Positions 47,301 through 56,859 of a stretch of DNA of 64,000 bases are shown here, in pieces. How positions within the stretch are numbered: position 1 is the stretch's first letter; the number at the start of each line of letters is the position of its first letter. Location: NCBI GenBank assembly GCA_965206285.1, contig OZ242205.1:4255887-4319886 (forward strand), read 5' to 3'. A model generated the notes under the pieces. It searched no databases. It had not been told where the DNA came from and saw only the letters and a program-made list of their open reading frames with translations. Origin of the DNA: Vicinamibacterales bacterium (GTDB lineage Bacteria; Acidobacteriota; Vicinamibacteria; Vicinamibacterales; UBA8438). A program made the translations under genes and the position numbers.

Positions 47301-47886
47301 GGAGATCGAGGACGCGGCGCGGGCCGCCGTCAACCTCAACGTCGACCTCAAGATAGACGAGAGCTACATTCCGGAGACCAACCAGCGGCTCACCGTGTAT
47401 CGCCGGGTGGCGTCCGCCCGCGACGAGACCGAGCTGTCCACGCTCCTCGACGAGCTGCGCGATCGCTACGGGCCGGTCCCATCCTCGATCGCGGTCCTCG
47501 TCGAGTACGGGCGGATTCGTCTGCTCGCCGATCTGCTCGGCATCGAGTCGATAGACCGGAACGGTTCTCTGCTCGTCCTGAAGTTCAGGACCACGACGAC
47601 GGTGGATCCGGTGCGGCTGATGCGCTTCGTCGAACGGAGACGGGACCTGGAGCTGAAGCCGCCGGCCATGCTCACCGCCGACCTCCGCGCCGGGGGCGCG
47701 GGCCGGGGGCCGCGCGACTCGCCATCGTGGTGGACGGCCCGCGCCCGCAGCGGCGAAGTGGAGGCCGGATTCTCGAGGGTCGAGTTCCAGCGCGCGCAGC
47801 GCGATCAGGTAGGCCCGGGCCCGCTCTTCACCCGGATCGAGGGGCTCCTGGTGGAGTTGCGCGGGCTTCAGGCGGTAGAATCGTGA
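44395..47886 (+). CDS. mfd: transcription-repair coupling factor
   Basis: VVHVDHGVG (RID), GDVGYGKT, DEEQRFG, QLRGRVGR, DLEIRGAG, TRCF domain; alternative GTG start at 44404. Confidence 0.96.
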   Translation: MPPVTGTSLTLQAELRTAAARAGLGGAAQSLSGLSEAAKGFAVAAAATEAPVIVIVPRAADVEQMVADTSFFLGNLTATSEHELRQHVLPFPSHEVDPYRGLAPHFDIVAARGRALYGLASGTVRVLVAAAAALLPRVSPPDRLLAAGSRLIAGAFLEPPDLGDLLADAGFIPEDPVDGHGQFCVRGGVVDFFPAGDEHPIRAEFAGDSLESLRRFDPATQRSTETLDQAEIFPLRELFEPVPGNGSPSADPDRSAWLRDYLRRLPGVRVYLSESEDARAAVESRIEQAAGSFAAAEAQGDPVLPPEELLVEWPVLEDWLASVPRLEQLGEDREAASGTRHVACQPVVEMHGRIGDWAAEIARCRERGDTTLLVAGTPGRAERVIELLADYDLTARSIDQADETHGAALLVATGQLTRGFRLPDAGLQIFAEPDVFDEERRVRERRAGPARSFLSDFRDLKAGDRVVHVDHGVGVFVGLKQIPVGLEHHEFMELRYGGQDKLYVPVQQIDLLQKYSGPAKSLDRLGGASWAKTKTRVRRAMRDMAEELLKLYAARKAMPGHPFSPDAHWHREFHDAFEYELTKDQQIAIADIRKDMESTVAMDRLLCGDVGYGKTEVAMRAAFKAVMDGKQVGFLAPTTVLSFQHYKTLTDRFAAFPVRIDLVSRFRTRAEQKQTLTDLVAGKVDIIVGTHRLLSKDVRFSDLGLLIVDEEQRFGVAHKERIKQLRRRVDVLTMTATPIPRTLNMSLAGIRDMSVIETPPKDRQSIQTNVVRFDQQVIVRAIRTELERGGQVYFLHSRVTSIYAMGDFLTRLLPEARLTIAHGQMEEGALERCMVDFVQHKYDVLLATTIIENGLDIPNANTIIVNQAERFGLAQLYQLRGRVGRSDRRAYAYLLVPPEGSLSPVARQRLAAIREFSDLGSGFRIAALDLEIRGAGNLLGGEQSGHIESVGFDMYVKLLDETVRELKGEEIEDAARAAVNLNVDLKIDESYIPETNQRLTVYRRVASARDETELSTLLDELRDRYGPVPSSIAVLVEYGRIRLLADLLGIESIDRNGSLLVLKFRTTTTVDPVRLMRFVERRRDLELKPPAMLTADLRAGGAGRGPRDSPSWWTARARSGEVEAGFSRVEFQRAQRDQVGPGPLFTRIEGLLVELRGLQAVES

Positions 47887-47900
47887 GAACGGTGACCACC

Positions 47901-48989
47901 ATGCCACAGAAACTGTCTCGAGTCGCGATCCCGCTGTTCGTTCTCACGGGCGTCTTCACGGGCGCCGCCTCCGCCGTCGCGCAGGGTCTGTCGTCAGGGA
48001 TACCGGGCGCGATGGTGTTCGAGCGGATTCTGGTGAAGATCAACGGCGACCTGATCACCCAGACCGATCTCGAGCAGGGGCAGATCAACGCCCTGCGGAC
48101 CCGCCCCGTGCCGCCGCAGACCGATGCCGAGCTGCAGAGGGCGCTTCAGGAGGTGACCCCGGACGTCATCGTCAACACCGTCGACCAGATGCTGCTCGTG
48201 CAGCGCGGGCGCGAGATGGGTTACGCGCTGAGCGACGAGCAGTTCGACGAGATTCTGGAGGGGATCAAGCAGGAGAACACCATGACCGACGAGCAGTTGC
48301 TCGTCGCCCTGGAGCAGGAACAGGGCATGAGCCTCGGCCAACTGCGCGGCGTCATGGAGGAGCAGATGCTGGCTGGGCAGGTGCAGCAGGACCAGGTGCT
48401 GCGCCGGGTCTCCATGACCGATATCGAAGCCCTCGAGTACTACGAGACCCATCCGGAGGAGTTCAGCCGGCCCGCCACCGTCACCTTGCGGGAGATCCTG
48501 ATCACGGTGCCCCTCGAGTCGGGGGCGCTGAACGTGGCGCGCGAGAACCGGGCGGGGGCCCTGGCCGAGTCGGCCCTGGCCCGGGTGCGGAGCGGCGAGG
48601 CGTTCGAGGCGGTCGTCAGCGAGCTGTCCGACGCTGCGTCCAGGGCGAACGGCGGCCTGATCGGACCGATCGCGCTGGCCGACCTGGCGGAGACGGTGCG
48701 TACCCGGATCGAGGGGCTGGCGGTGGGCGAGGTCGACGAGATCAGTCGAACCCCGGCGGGGTATCAGATCCTGAAGCTGGAGACCTCGACCGCCGCCGCG
48801 CCCGCGCCGTTCGACGAGGTGCGCGAGCAGATCGTCGACAACGTGTTCAACGAACGGCGGCTCCAGGCCCTCAACCGGTACCTGACCACGCTTCGGAGCG
48901 AAGCGATCATCGAGTGGAAGGACGAAGGGCTGCAAAGCCTCTACGAGCGGCAGGTAGCCGACCGGCAGACTGCCGCCCCCGGATTGTGA
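47901..48989 (+). CDS. SurA-like peptidyl-prolyl isomerase
   Basis: Signal peptide, ILVKINGDLIT SurA N-domain, parvulin SD...NGGLIG; downstream of mfd. Confidence 0.85.
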   Translation: MPQKLSRVAIPLFVLTGVFTGAASAVAQGLSSGIPGAMVFERILVKINGDLITQTDLEQGQINALRTRPVPPQTDAELQRALQEVTPDVIVNTVDQMLLVQRGREMGYALSDEQFDEILEGIKQENTMTDEQLLVALEQEQGMSLGQLRGVMEEQMLAGQVQQDQVLRRVSMTDIEALEYYETHPEEFSRPATVTLREILITVPLESGALNVARENRAGALAESALARVRSGEAFEAVVSELSDAASRANGGLIGPIALADLAETVRTRIEGLAVGEVDEISRTPAGYQILKLETSTAAAPAPFDEVREQIVDNVFNERRLQALNRYLTTLRSEAIIEWKDEGLQSLYERQVADRQTAAPGL

Positions 48990-48999
48990 GGCTCCACCC

Positions 49000-50127
49000 G
49001 TGAAAATCGGTTCCGTCACCCTCGACTCGCCGTTCGCCCTGGCTCCGATGGCCGGGATGACGGATACCGCGTTCCGCCGTCTCGTCAAGCGGGGCGGCGG
49101 CTGCGGGTTGGTGGTGACCGAGATGGTCAGCTCCGAGGGGCTGGTGCGCGGAATCGACCGGACCCTCGAGTACGCGGAGTACACGGAAGAGGAGCGGCCG
49201 GTCTCGATCCAGATCTTCGGCGGCGACCCCGGGAGGATGGCCGCGGCGGCCCAGATCGTCGAGGGAATGGGCGCCGACATCGTGGACGTGAACATGGGCT
49301 GCCCGGTCCCCAAGATCGCCAAGCACCACGCCGGGTGCAGTCTCATGCGGACGCCGGAGCACGCGGCCGACGTGATCGGGGCGATGACGCGGGCGGTGTC
49401 CATTCCCGTCACCGTCAAGATGCGGTCCGGATGGGACGACGAGCACGTCAACGCACCCGACCTCGCGAGCCGGGTCGAGCAGGCCGGCGCCGCCGCGGTG
49501 GCCGTGCACGGCCGGACTGCCGCGCAGTCGTACACCGGGCGCTCGGACTGGTCGGTGATAGACGAGGTGGCCCGCCGGGTGTCGATCCCGGTGTTCGGCA
49601 GCGGCGACTGCGTCACCCCGAACGACCTCGTGGAGCGGATGCGCGAGACCGCCGTCGCCGGGGTGCTCGTGGGGCGCGGTGCGCTCCGGAACCCGTGGAT
49701 CTTCCACCAGGCGCAGGCCGCGTGGCGTGGCGGCGACGGCATGCCGGTGTCGCTGCGGGAGCGCGGCCGGTTTCTGCTCGCCTATATCGACCTGCTGCTG
49801 AGCGAGGCGACCGAGGTCGAGCGGGACGGCTTCCGGCATACGGCCGGCCTCGACCGGCGCGTCGGTCCGAAACGGCGGAGCGCCGCCAGCCGGGAGCGGT
49901 GGATCGTCAACAAGCTGCGGGCCCTCGGATCCTGGTACACGAAAGGGATCGACCACGGGTCGCGGTTGCGCACGGCTATCAACTCCGCCGGATCGCTCGC
50001 CGCGCTGCGGGCGGTCATCTGCGACTTCTTTGGGCTCGACGACCCGTCGCCGGCGCCGGACCCGCTCCTCGTGGGCACGGGCGCCGCGCCGTCGACCGCG
50101 CCCGCCGTCCCGCCCGGCGGACCCTAG
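49000..50127 (+). CDS. dusB: tRNA-dihydrouridine synthase B-type
   Basis: LAPMAGMTD, DVNMGCP, VHGRT, GRGALRNPWIF. Confidence 0.9.
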   Translation: MKIGSVTLDSPFALAPMAGMTDTAFRRLVKRGGGCGLVVTEMVSSEGLVRGIDRTLEYAEYTEEERPVSIQIFGGDPGRMAAAAQIVEGMGADIVDVNMGCPVPKIAKHHAGCSLMRTPEHAADVIGAMTRAVSIPVTVKMRSGWDDEHVNAPDLASRVEQAGAAAVAVHGRTAAQSYTGRSDWSVIDEVARRVSIPVFGSGDCVTPNDLVERMRETAVAGVLVGRGALRNPWIFHQAQAAWRGGDGMPVSLRERGRFLLAYIDLLLSEATEVERDGFRHTAGLDRRVGPKRRSAASRERWIVNKLRALGSWYTKGIDHGSRLRTAINSAGSLAALRAVICDFFGLDDPSPAPDPLLVGTGAAPSTAPAVPPGGP

Positions 50128-50581
50128 CTCCCTAGCTAAGGGGTGTGTCACTTGAACAAGTTGACACTTGATCTGCGAGGCGTTTCGACGGTTCGGGCCG
50201 GAATCGCCGTTCGAAGACCCGTTCGGAAACGCGCGAGCAACCGCAGAGCCGTTTCAGGGACATCCATCAGCCAGGGGCCTGCGCCGTGGAACGGCGCCTC
50301 CTCCTGCAGGAGCCGCCGATTCCTGCAGGGTTGGGGCGGTCAGGACGCTGACGGAAATTACCTTGCCGTGTGCGACGCGCGCCAACCCGCAGACAACGGG
50401 CTGCGCTTGGGTACAGTTGGCAACTTTATATCGATCGCTGTCCTCGATTGAGCGGAGCCGTGGACGAGAGTTTCCGGGCCAGGCGACGCGAGACTGCCGC
50501 CCGGCGCATTTGGAGACGCGACAGGCCGATTCGAAGGTCGGCTTCCGAGAGCGACTGCGCGGAACGAGGACGGTCTACCCG

Positions 50582-50947
50582 ATGCCCAGACTGATCGAGA
50601 GCCCCACGGTCGTGCAGGCGGCCGGAAACCTGCCGAAGCGGATCGAGGAGTACGCCGGGCGGGTGAACACGGGGCAAGAGGAGCTCAGTGTCGCCCGGAT
50701 GGTCTCTCCCGAGGGATGGGTCGAACCGGGGCAGCGGCCCGAGTTCCGGGAGCTCACGGTGGTGCTGCGCGGCCTGCTGCGGGTCGAGCACGAGGCGGGC
50801 GCCCTCGACGTGCGGGCCGGGCAGGCGATCGTCGCCGAACCCGGCGAGTGGATTCGCTACTCGAGTCCCGAGGCCGGCGGCGCGGAGTACGTTGCGGTCT
50901 GCGTGCCCGCATTCGCCCCCGACACCGTCCACCGCGATCCGGCATGA
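50582..50947 (+). CDS. cupin domain protein
   Basis: GWVEPGQRPEF, VRAGQAI, GEWIRYSSP, VCVPAF. Confidence 0.85.
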   Translation: MPRLIESPTVVQAAGNLPKRIEEYAGRVNTGQEELSVARMVSPEGWVEPGQRPEFRELTVVLRGLLRVEHEAGALDVRAGQAIVAEPGEWIRYSSPEAGGAEYVAVCVPAFAPDTVHRDPA

Positions 50948-51185
50948 GCCTGGTCCGTCCGGGGGCGACCTCACCAACGGTCCGGATCGGCGGTCCGGAG
51001 GACCGGGGCGCCGCGGGGGCCGTCGCTCCCTTTCGTCGCCGCGAGTCGGCGGTCCGGTTGGCGTATCATGCACTGAATATGCGCCGGGACGCCGCGGCAT
51101 CGTCCCGCACGCCCGCAGGGCGTGACACCGCGCCCGCTCGGCGTGTCTCCCTTGCCGTACGGGACGCCTGGCTCGGAGGTCCGTC

Positions 51186-53057
51186 ATGAAGAAGCTGCGC
51201 AAGAACTACGACGGCGGAGACGCGGCGCCGGAGTGCTGGTGCATGGCGATGCTCCGGCCCCTCGGCTGGCTGCTCGCCGCCGCCGTGCTGGCCGCGCTCG
51301 GCGCCGCGGCGGTCCTGGCCGCCGAGTCGGGACCCGACGACTGGGTCGACGACCTGACGCCCATCACGGCCGGAGACTGGGATTACGACAAGGCCGCCCA
51401 TCTCGTGGAACGGGCGGGTTTCGGGGCGACGCCGGCCGAGATCGAGCGGCTGGCCGCGATGTCCCCCGAGGCCGCCGTCGACTCCCTCGTCGACTTCACC
51501 GCCGTCGACAACGGCGCCGCCCCCGCGTTCGAGCTCTCTCCCATCTGGAACCGGGGGATGGACCCGTTCCCGAAGAGCCGGGCCGAGGCGGTGCGCATCG
51601 CGCGGGAGACCGGGTTGTCGATGGGGGTCGCGGTGCTGCCCGAGGGGCAGCCGCGCCGGCTCCAGCCGGTGGTCAACACCTTCTTCTATGGCCTGCGGTC
51701 CAACGCGATGGAGACGCAGCGGCTCGCGACGTGGTGGGGCGAGCGCATGCTGACGACCCGCCGCCCGCTCGAAGAGAAGCTCACGCTGTTCTGGCACGGG
51801 CATTTCGCGACCGGCGCGGGCAAGGTGCGGGACGCCCGCATGATGCTGCGCCAGAACGAGATGCTGCGCGCCAACGCGGCCGGCAGCTTCCGGGATCTGC
51901 TCGTCGGGATTCTGACCGACCCGGCCATGCTCGTCTATCTGGACAACGGCGAGAACCGGAAGGACCATCCCAACGAGAACTTCGGGCGCGAGCTGCTGGA
52001 GCTGTTCACGATGGGGGTGGGCAACTACACCGAGCAGGACATACGCGAGGGCTCCCGCGCGTTCACGGGTTGGACGAACGACGCCCTCGAGTTCCGGTTC
52101 GACGCCGAGACCCACGACTATGGAGAGAAGACCTTTCTCGGGCGAACCGGCGCCTTCGACGGCGAGGACATCATCGACATCATTCTCGAGACGCCGGTGA
52201 CCGCCGAGTTCATCGCGGGCAAGCTGTATCGATTCCTGGTGCGCGAGGAGATGGATGCGGCCACCCGGCACGAGCTCGGCGACACGTTCCGCGAGGCGGG
52301 GTACGAGCTGCGCCCCCTGCTCCGGCGCATGTTCCTGTCGAAGGACTTCTACAGCTCGGCTTCGTATGCGACGCAATTCAAGAGTCCCGTACAGCTCGTG
52401 GTCTCCACCTATCGGAAGCTCGGCCTGGCCCGGCTGCCCACGATTCCCGACTTCAGCCGATTGACGGCCGGCCTCGGGCAGACGCTGTTCAATCCGCCCA
52501 ACGTTGCGGGCTGGGCCGGCGGCAGGACCTGGATCACCCCGGCTCTCCTGCTCGAGCGGGGCAACCTCTTCCGGGGCGTCCTGTTCCCCGACCGGGACGG
52601 GTTCTGGGCTCCCGATCGGAACATCCCGGGCATCTACGCGCGGGTGGGCCGGCGGCTGGAGCAGGGGATGAACATCACCGCCGCCACCCAGGAGGGTGAT
52701 GCGGAGTCCAGCCGGCTCGTCGACCGTGACGAGGACTACAACACCCGGTACGGCGGCTACATGGGATACGTCATGGCCTTCGAACGGTTGATCCCGATTC
52801 CGAGAGCGACCGCCGATCTCGATCTGGTGGGGCTGGTGACGGCGGCGGACGCCACCACGGTCGACGCGATCGTCGACCACTTCGTGCGACGATTCCTCCG
52901 CGTTCCCGTGGACGATGCCGCCCGGGCGGTGCTCGTCGAACGATTGCGGGACGATCTGGGGGGGGACCGCCTGCCGGCGCCGGGGCCGCGGGTCGAAGGG
53001 GCGTTGCGCTCGCTGCTCTATCTCGTGCTGAGTGCTCCGGAGTACCAACTCGCGTAG
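51186..53057 (+). CDS. DUF1800 family exported protein
   Basis: AAHLVERAGFG, EKLTLFWHGHFAT, PNENFGRELLELFTMG, PPNVAGW, C-terminal PEYQL. Confidence 0.9.
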   Translation: MKKLRKNYDGGDAAPECWCMAMLRPLGWLLAAAVLAALGAAAVLAAESGPDDWVDDLTPITAGDWDYDKAAHLVERAGFGATPAEIERLAAMSPEAAVDSLVDFTAVDNGAAPAFELSPIWNRGMDPFPKSRAEAVRIARETGLSMGVAVLPEGQPRRLQPVVNTFFYGLRSNAMETQRLATWWGERMLTTRRPLEEKLTLFWHGHFATGAGKVRDARMMLRQNEMLRANAAGSFRDLLVGILTDPAMLVYLDNGENRKDHPNENFGRELLELFTMGVGNYTEQDIREGSRAFTGWTNDALEFRFDAETHDYGEKTFLGRTGAFDGEDIIDIILETPVTAEFIAGKLYRFLVREEMDAATRHELGDTFREAGYELRPLLRRMFLSKDFYSSASYATQFKSPVQLVVSTYRKLGLARLPTIPDFSRLTAGLGQTLFNPPNVAGWAGGRTWITPALLLERGNLFRGVLFPDRDGFWAPDRNIPGIYARVGRRLEQGMNITAATQEGDAESSRLVDRDEDYNTRYGGYMGYVMAFERLIPIPRATADLDLVGLVTAADATTVDAIVDHFVRRFLRVPVDDAARAVLVERLRDDLGGDRLPAPGPRVEGALRSLLYLVLSAPEYQLA

Positions 53058-53179
53058 CCCGGGCAATCGTCGCCCTGGGGCCTCCGCCGCCGCGCGGCGC
53101 CGCCGCCCCAGGCAACCCCGAAGGGGTCCGCGCCCTTCACGGTGCAGACTCCCGATCGCGTGGTTAGAGAGGAACGATC

Positions 53180-54439
53180 ATGACTATCCGCCATCTCAAC
53201 GGCTGTGGGTGCTCCCGGCGTGATTTTCTGCGGAAGGGGTTGTACGGCATCGGGGTCACGGCCGGCCTTCCCGTCCTGCTCGACCGGACGTCGGCGGCGT
53301 TGACGGCGCAGGCGCTGCAGGGCACGAGCGCCGAGGACCATCCCGAGCGGATCCTGGTGGTCGTCGAGCTGTCCGGCGGCAACGACGGCCTGAACACCGT
53401 CGTCCCGTTCGGTGACGACGAGTACTATCGGGTCCGGCCGAATCTCGGGATTCCGGCCTCCAAGGCGATCCCGATCGCCGAAGGCTACGGGCTGCACCCG
53501 TCGATGGCGGGGTTCGAGCGCCTGTACAAGGACGGCATGCTGGGCGTCGTGCACGGATGCGGGTACGACAACCCCAGCCTGTCGCACTTCTCGTCGATGG
53601 GCTTCTGGCACACCGGCGTGCCCAACGGCGGCGAGCCCCTCGGATGGCTGGGCCGTCTGGCCGACGGGGTCTACGAGCACGATGCCCAGGGCAACAAGAT
53701 CGTGAACATCGGGACCCGCCAGTCGCTGGCGGTGCAGGCGCGGCACCACCAGCCCCTGGTATTCAACGATCCCCGCAGCTTCCGGCGGGTGGGCTCGGAG
53801 ACCGAGAAACAGGCGATCGAGCGGTTGCGGCCGAAGGCGCCGGACAATCCGGCCCTGGAGTTTCTGGCGTCCACCGCGGACAATGCGGTCAAGAGCTCCC
53901 AGTTCGTCCGGGACGCCGCCGCGGGGTACCGCACCCCGGTCGACTACGGGATCGGCGGGCTGTCACCGCAGTTACGACAGGTGGCGGCGCTGATTCACGC
54001 GGGGATGCCGACGCGGCTCTACTACGTCTCGTATCAGGGCAACTCGTTCGATACCCATGTTCATCAGGCCGATCCGCACGCCCGGCTGCTGGCCTACACC
54101 GCCGACGCTGTCCGGGGGTTCATGGAGGACCTGAAGCGCATCAGCCGCGTCGACGACGTGGCGATCATGATGTTCACGGAGTTCGGACGGCGCGTCGAGG
54201 AGAACGCCAGCCTCGGCACCGATCACGGGACCGCGACCCCGATGTTCGTGATCGGGTCCGGCGTGGAGGGCGGCCAGCACGGCCGGCATCCGAGCCTGAC
54301 CGACCTCGATGACGGCAACCTGAAGATGACCACCGATTTTCGACGGGTGTACGCGTCGATGATCGAGGAGTGGCTCGGGTTCGACGACACCCGGTCGATT
54401 CTCAAGGGCTCGTTCGAGCCGATGCGGCTGTTCTCGTAG
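53180..54439 (+). CDS. DUF1501 family protein with Tat signal
   Basis: SRRDFL, LSGGNDGLNT, FDTH, TEFGRR, GTDHG. Confidence 0.9.
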   Translation: MTIRHLNGCGCSRRDFLRKGLYGIGVTAGLPVLLDRTSAALTAQALQGTSAEDHPERILVVVELSGGNDGLNTVVPFGDDEYYRVRPNLGIPASKAIPIAEGYGLHPSMAGFERLYKDGMLGVVHGCGYDNPSLSHFSSMGFWHTGVPNGGEPLGWLGRLADGVYEHDAQGNKIVNIGTRQSLAVQARHHQPLVFNDPRSFRRVGSETEKQAIERLRPKAPDNPALEFLASTADNAVKSSQFVRDAAAGYRTPVDYGIGGLSPQLRQVAALIHAGMPTRLYYVSYQGNSFDTHVHQADPHARLLAYTADAVRGFMEDLKRISRVDDVAIMMFTEFGRRVEENASLGTDHGTATPMFVIGSGVEGGQHGRHPSLTDLDDGNLKMTTDFRRVYASMIEEWLGFDDTRSILKGSFEPMRLFS

Positions 54440-54470
54440 ACCGCGGACCGGTGGCGGCGGGCGGCGGGGT

Positions 54471-55889
54471 TCAGGACTCGAGACCCGACCCCGCCCGCCC
54501 GCCGTCGATTTCGCCCAGCCGCCGTATCTTCTCGACCAGGGTGGTCCGCTTCAGGCCCAACCGCCGGGCCGCCTGTTGCCGGTTCCCGCCCGTGTCGGCC
54601 AGGGCTCGTCGTATCAACTGGCGCTCGACCGAGGCGATGTACGCGGCCAGGTCGAAGCCGTCTTCGGGAAGGGCGAGCGAGGCTGCCTGCTCGGACAGGG
54701 ATGCCTGCTGCAGCTCGCGAGGGAGATCGGCGACGTCGATCCAGCTCCGGGTTCGGCTGAGGGTGAGCGCGCGCTCTATCGCGTTTTCGAGTTGACGGAT
54801 GTTCCCCGGCCACCCGTACCCCATCATCCGCCGCATCGCGGCCTGCGTGACGGTCACCTCCCGCGACCGGTCCTGCTGTCGACTGAAGGCTTCGACGAAG
54901 TGCCGGACGAGCAGCGGGATGTCCTCACGCCGTTCCCGAAGCGGCGGCAGGAAGATGGGGATGACGTTCAGACGATAGTACAGATCCTCCCGGAAGCGGC
55001 CGTCACTGGACAGTTGCGCCAGATCGGCGTTGGTGGCCGCGATGATCCGGACGTCGATTCGGATCGATCGGTTGTCTCCGATGCGTTCGAACTCGCGTTC
55101 CTGCAACACCCGCAACAGCTTGGCCTGCAGGGGGCCGCTCATGGTGCCGACCTCGTCGAGAAAGAGCGTGCCCTCGTGCGCCGATTCCAGTCGGCCCTGC
55201 CGCGTGGCGATGGCGCCGGTGTAGGCGCCGCGCACGTGTCCGAACAGCTCGGATTCGAGCAGGGTCTCGGGGATCGCGCTGCAGTTCAGGGCGACGAAGC
55301 GATGGCTGCGCCGGGGACTGTTGTGGTGAATCGCCTTGGCCGCCAGCTCCTTGCCGGTGCCGGTCTCCCCGGTGATCAGGACCGTGCTGGGGCTCGCGGC
55401 CACCGTTTCCAACAGGTCGAACAGCTCACGCATCCTGGCGCTGCGGCCCACCAGCCCCTCGAACCGATAGCGTTCCTGGATCTGTGACCGCAGGTAGGCG
55501 TTCTCGGACCGCAGGCGCCGCTGCTCGAGCGCCGATCGCATCACGTGCAGCAACTGCCCCAACTGGAACGGCTTGGTGATGAAGTCCGCCGCCCCCCGCT
55601 TGATCGCGGCGACCGCGTCGGTGACGGTGCCGAAACCGGTCACGACGATGCAGATGATGTCGGGATAGCGTTCGAGCGCGGCGTCCAGCACCGCGGTGCC
55701 GTCGATGCCCGGCAACCGCAGATCGGTCAGCACGATGTCGAACGCGCACTCCGCCAACCGCTCGACGGCCGTCTCGCCGCTGTCGACCTGGACCACCCGG
55801 TAGCCTTCGTCCGCCAGTCGCTGCGCGGTGACCTCTCTCAACGAGGCCTCGTCTTCCACCAGCAGCAGATGGATTTCGCGTTCAGGCAT
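54471..55889 (-). CDS. sigma54-dependent response regulator (REC-AAA+-Fis HTH)
   Basis: LLVEDE/TDLRLP receiver, GETGTGKE, GAYTGA, LFLDEV, WPGNIRQL, LGLKRTTL. Confidence 0.95.
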   Translation of the reverse strand: MPEREIHLLLVEDEASLREVTAQRLADEGYRVVQVDSGETAVERLAECAFDIVLTDLRLPGIDGTAVLDAALERYPDIICIVVTGFGTVTDAVAAIKRGAADFITKPFQLGQLLHVMRSALEQRRLRSENAYLRSQIQERYRFEGLVGRSARMRELFDLLETVAASPSTVLITGETGTGKELAAKAIHHNSPRRSHRFVALNCSAIPETLLESELFGHVRGAYTGAIATRQGRLESAHEGTLFLDEVGTMSGPLQAKLLRVLQEREFERIGDNRSIRIDVRIIAATNADLAQLSSDGRFREDLYYRLNVIPIFLPPLRERREDIPLLVRHFVEAFSRQQDRSREVTVTQAAMRRMMGYGWPGNIRQLENAIERALTLSRTRSWIDVADLPRELQQASLSEQAASLALPEDGFDLAAYIASVERQLIRRALADTGGNRQQAARRLGLKRTTLVEKIRRLGEIDGGRAGSGLES

Positions 55890-56002
55890 GGGCGCCGCCT
55901 CATCTAATGAAGGGGTCATCAGGTGCCGATACCATCCTTGAGCCTGTCAGGGAGCGCGGATCGACCGGGAAGACCTGGGTGGGCGAAACGCGAGCGTCTG
56001 TC

Positions 56003-56206
56003 ATGATTGCTGATAGGAAAACCCTCTCGATCGCGAAGGCGGGTGAGTTGGTGGGAGTCAGCCGCCGCACGATCTACAACTGGATCGCCGGTGGCAAGGT
56101 CGAGTACGTGCGGACGGCCGGCGGTTCCGTGCGGATCTTCGTCGATACGCTGTGGCGTGATCCGCAAGCCGGCGTCATCCGGCCGGATAGGCCGCAGACG
56201 GATTGA
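56003..56206 (+). CDS. excisionase/MerR-like HTH mini-protein
   Basis: LSIAKAGELVGVSRRTIYNWIAGGKVEYVRTAGGSVRI. Confidence 0.8.
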   Translation: MIADRKTLSIAKAGELVGVSRRTIYNWIAGGKVEYVRTAGGSVRIFVDTLWRDPQAGVIRPDRPQTD

Positions 56207-56252
56207 CCGTCGATCGACCAGCCGCATCGCGTGATTCCGTTCCCAGGACACG

Positions 56253-56462
56253 ATGGACATTTCCCAGATGGACCAGCCGACTGATCTCGGCACCCTTTTC
56301 CATCGGTTGAACAATCAGCTCGGCATCATTCTGGCGAACGCCGAGCTTCTCGATGCGCAGCTCGACGACGACACGAGCCGCGCGCGAGCTTCCCAAATCG
56401 TCAGCAGCACCGTCGAGGCGATCAGCGCCGCCCGATACATTCAGGAGCGCTGCCGCCACTAG
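56253..56462 (+). CDS. stand-alone HisKA/DHp-like mini-protein
   Basis: H-box-like LFHRLNNQLGIILANAELL followed by a second helix; 69 aa. Confidence 0.7.
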   Translation: MDISQMDQPTDLGTLFHRLNNQLGIILANAELLDAQLDDDTSRARASQIVSSTVEAISAARYIQERCRH

Positions 56463-56592
56463 AAGCCCGAGGCGCGGCGCAGACTCCTGGCCCTCGAGAA
56501 GGCCGGGGCCCCTCCCCGACCGCGTGCGGACGACTTCTCGTCCCGCATCCCCCGTTGCCTTTCCTGGAACGCACTCCCAGTCGGCGCCGCAC

Positions 56593-56638
56593 TGTCAACA
56601 TAGTGACAGGTTGGACCCATAATGTCAATTTAGTGACG
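56593..56638. promoter_or_regulatory. tandem palindromic upstream activator sites
   Basis: TGTCA-ACATAG-TGACA (56593) and TGTCA-ATTTAG-TGACG (56623), 30 bp apart, ~130-180 bp upstream of the sigma54 promoter. Confidence 0.7.
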
Positions 56639-56769
56639 GAGCTCTCGGTGTCTGGCGCATCTTCGGCGCCAGGTCGACGAATGCCAACATTCCAGTAACT
56701 CCTTTATTTAAATATACTTACAAAACAAACTACGGCTTGGTCGCCTTGTAGACTCTCCATCACAAAAGG

Positions 56770-56785
56770 TGGCATGCGCTTTGCT
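56770..56785 (+). promoter_or_regulatory. sigma54 (-24/-12) promoter
   Basis: TGGCATGCGCTTTGCT fits TGGCA-N6-TTGCW with exact GG-N10-GC spacing; AT-rich tract at 56703-56730. Confidence 0.85.
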
Positions 56786-56859
56786 CAATAAGCACATGGC
56801 GACGGTTTCTTCGTGGGTTCGGCGTGCCATGCCGGACCGATGTTTCGGAGGCGACCATC

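Noticed and set aside
56003-56206. Prophage/ICE suggested by the excisionase-like HTH
   Set aside because: No integrase, att repeats or phage genes; it is embedded in a regulatory cluster
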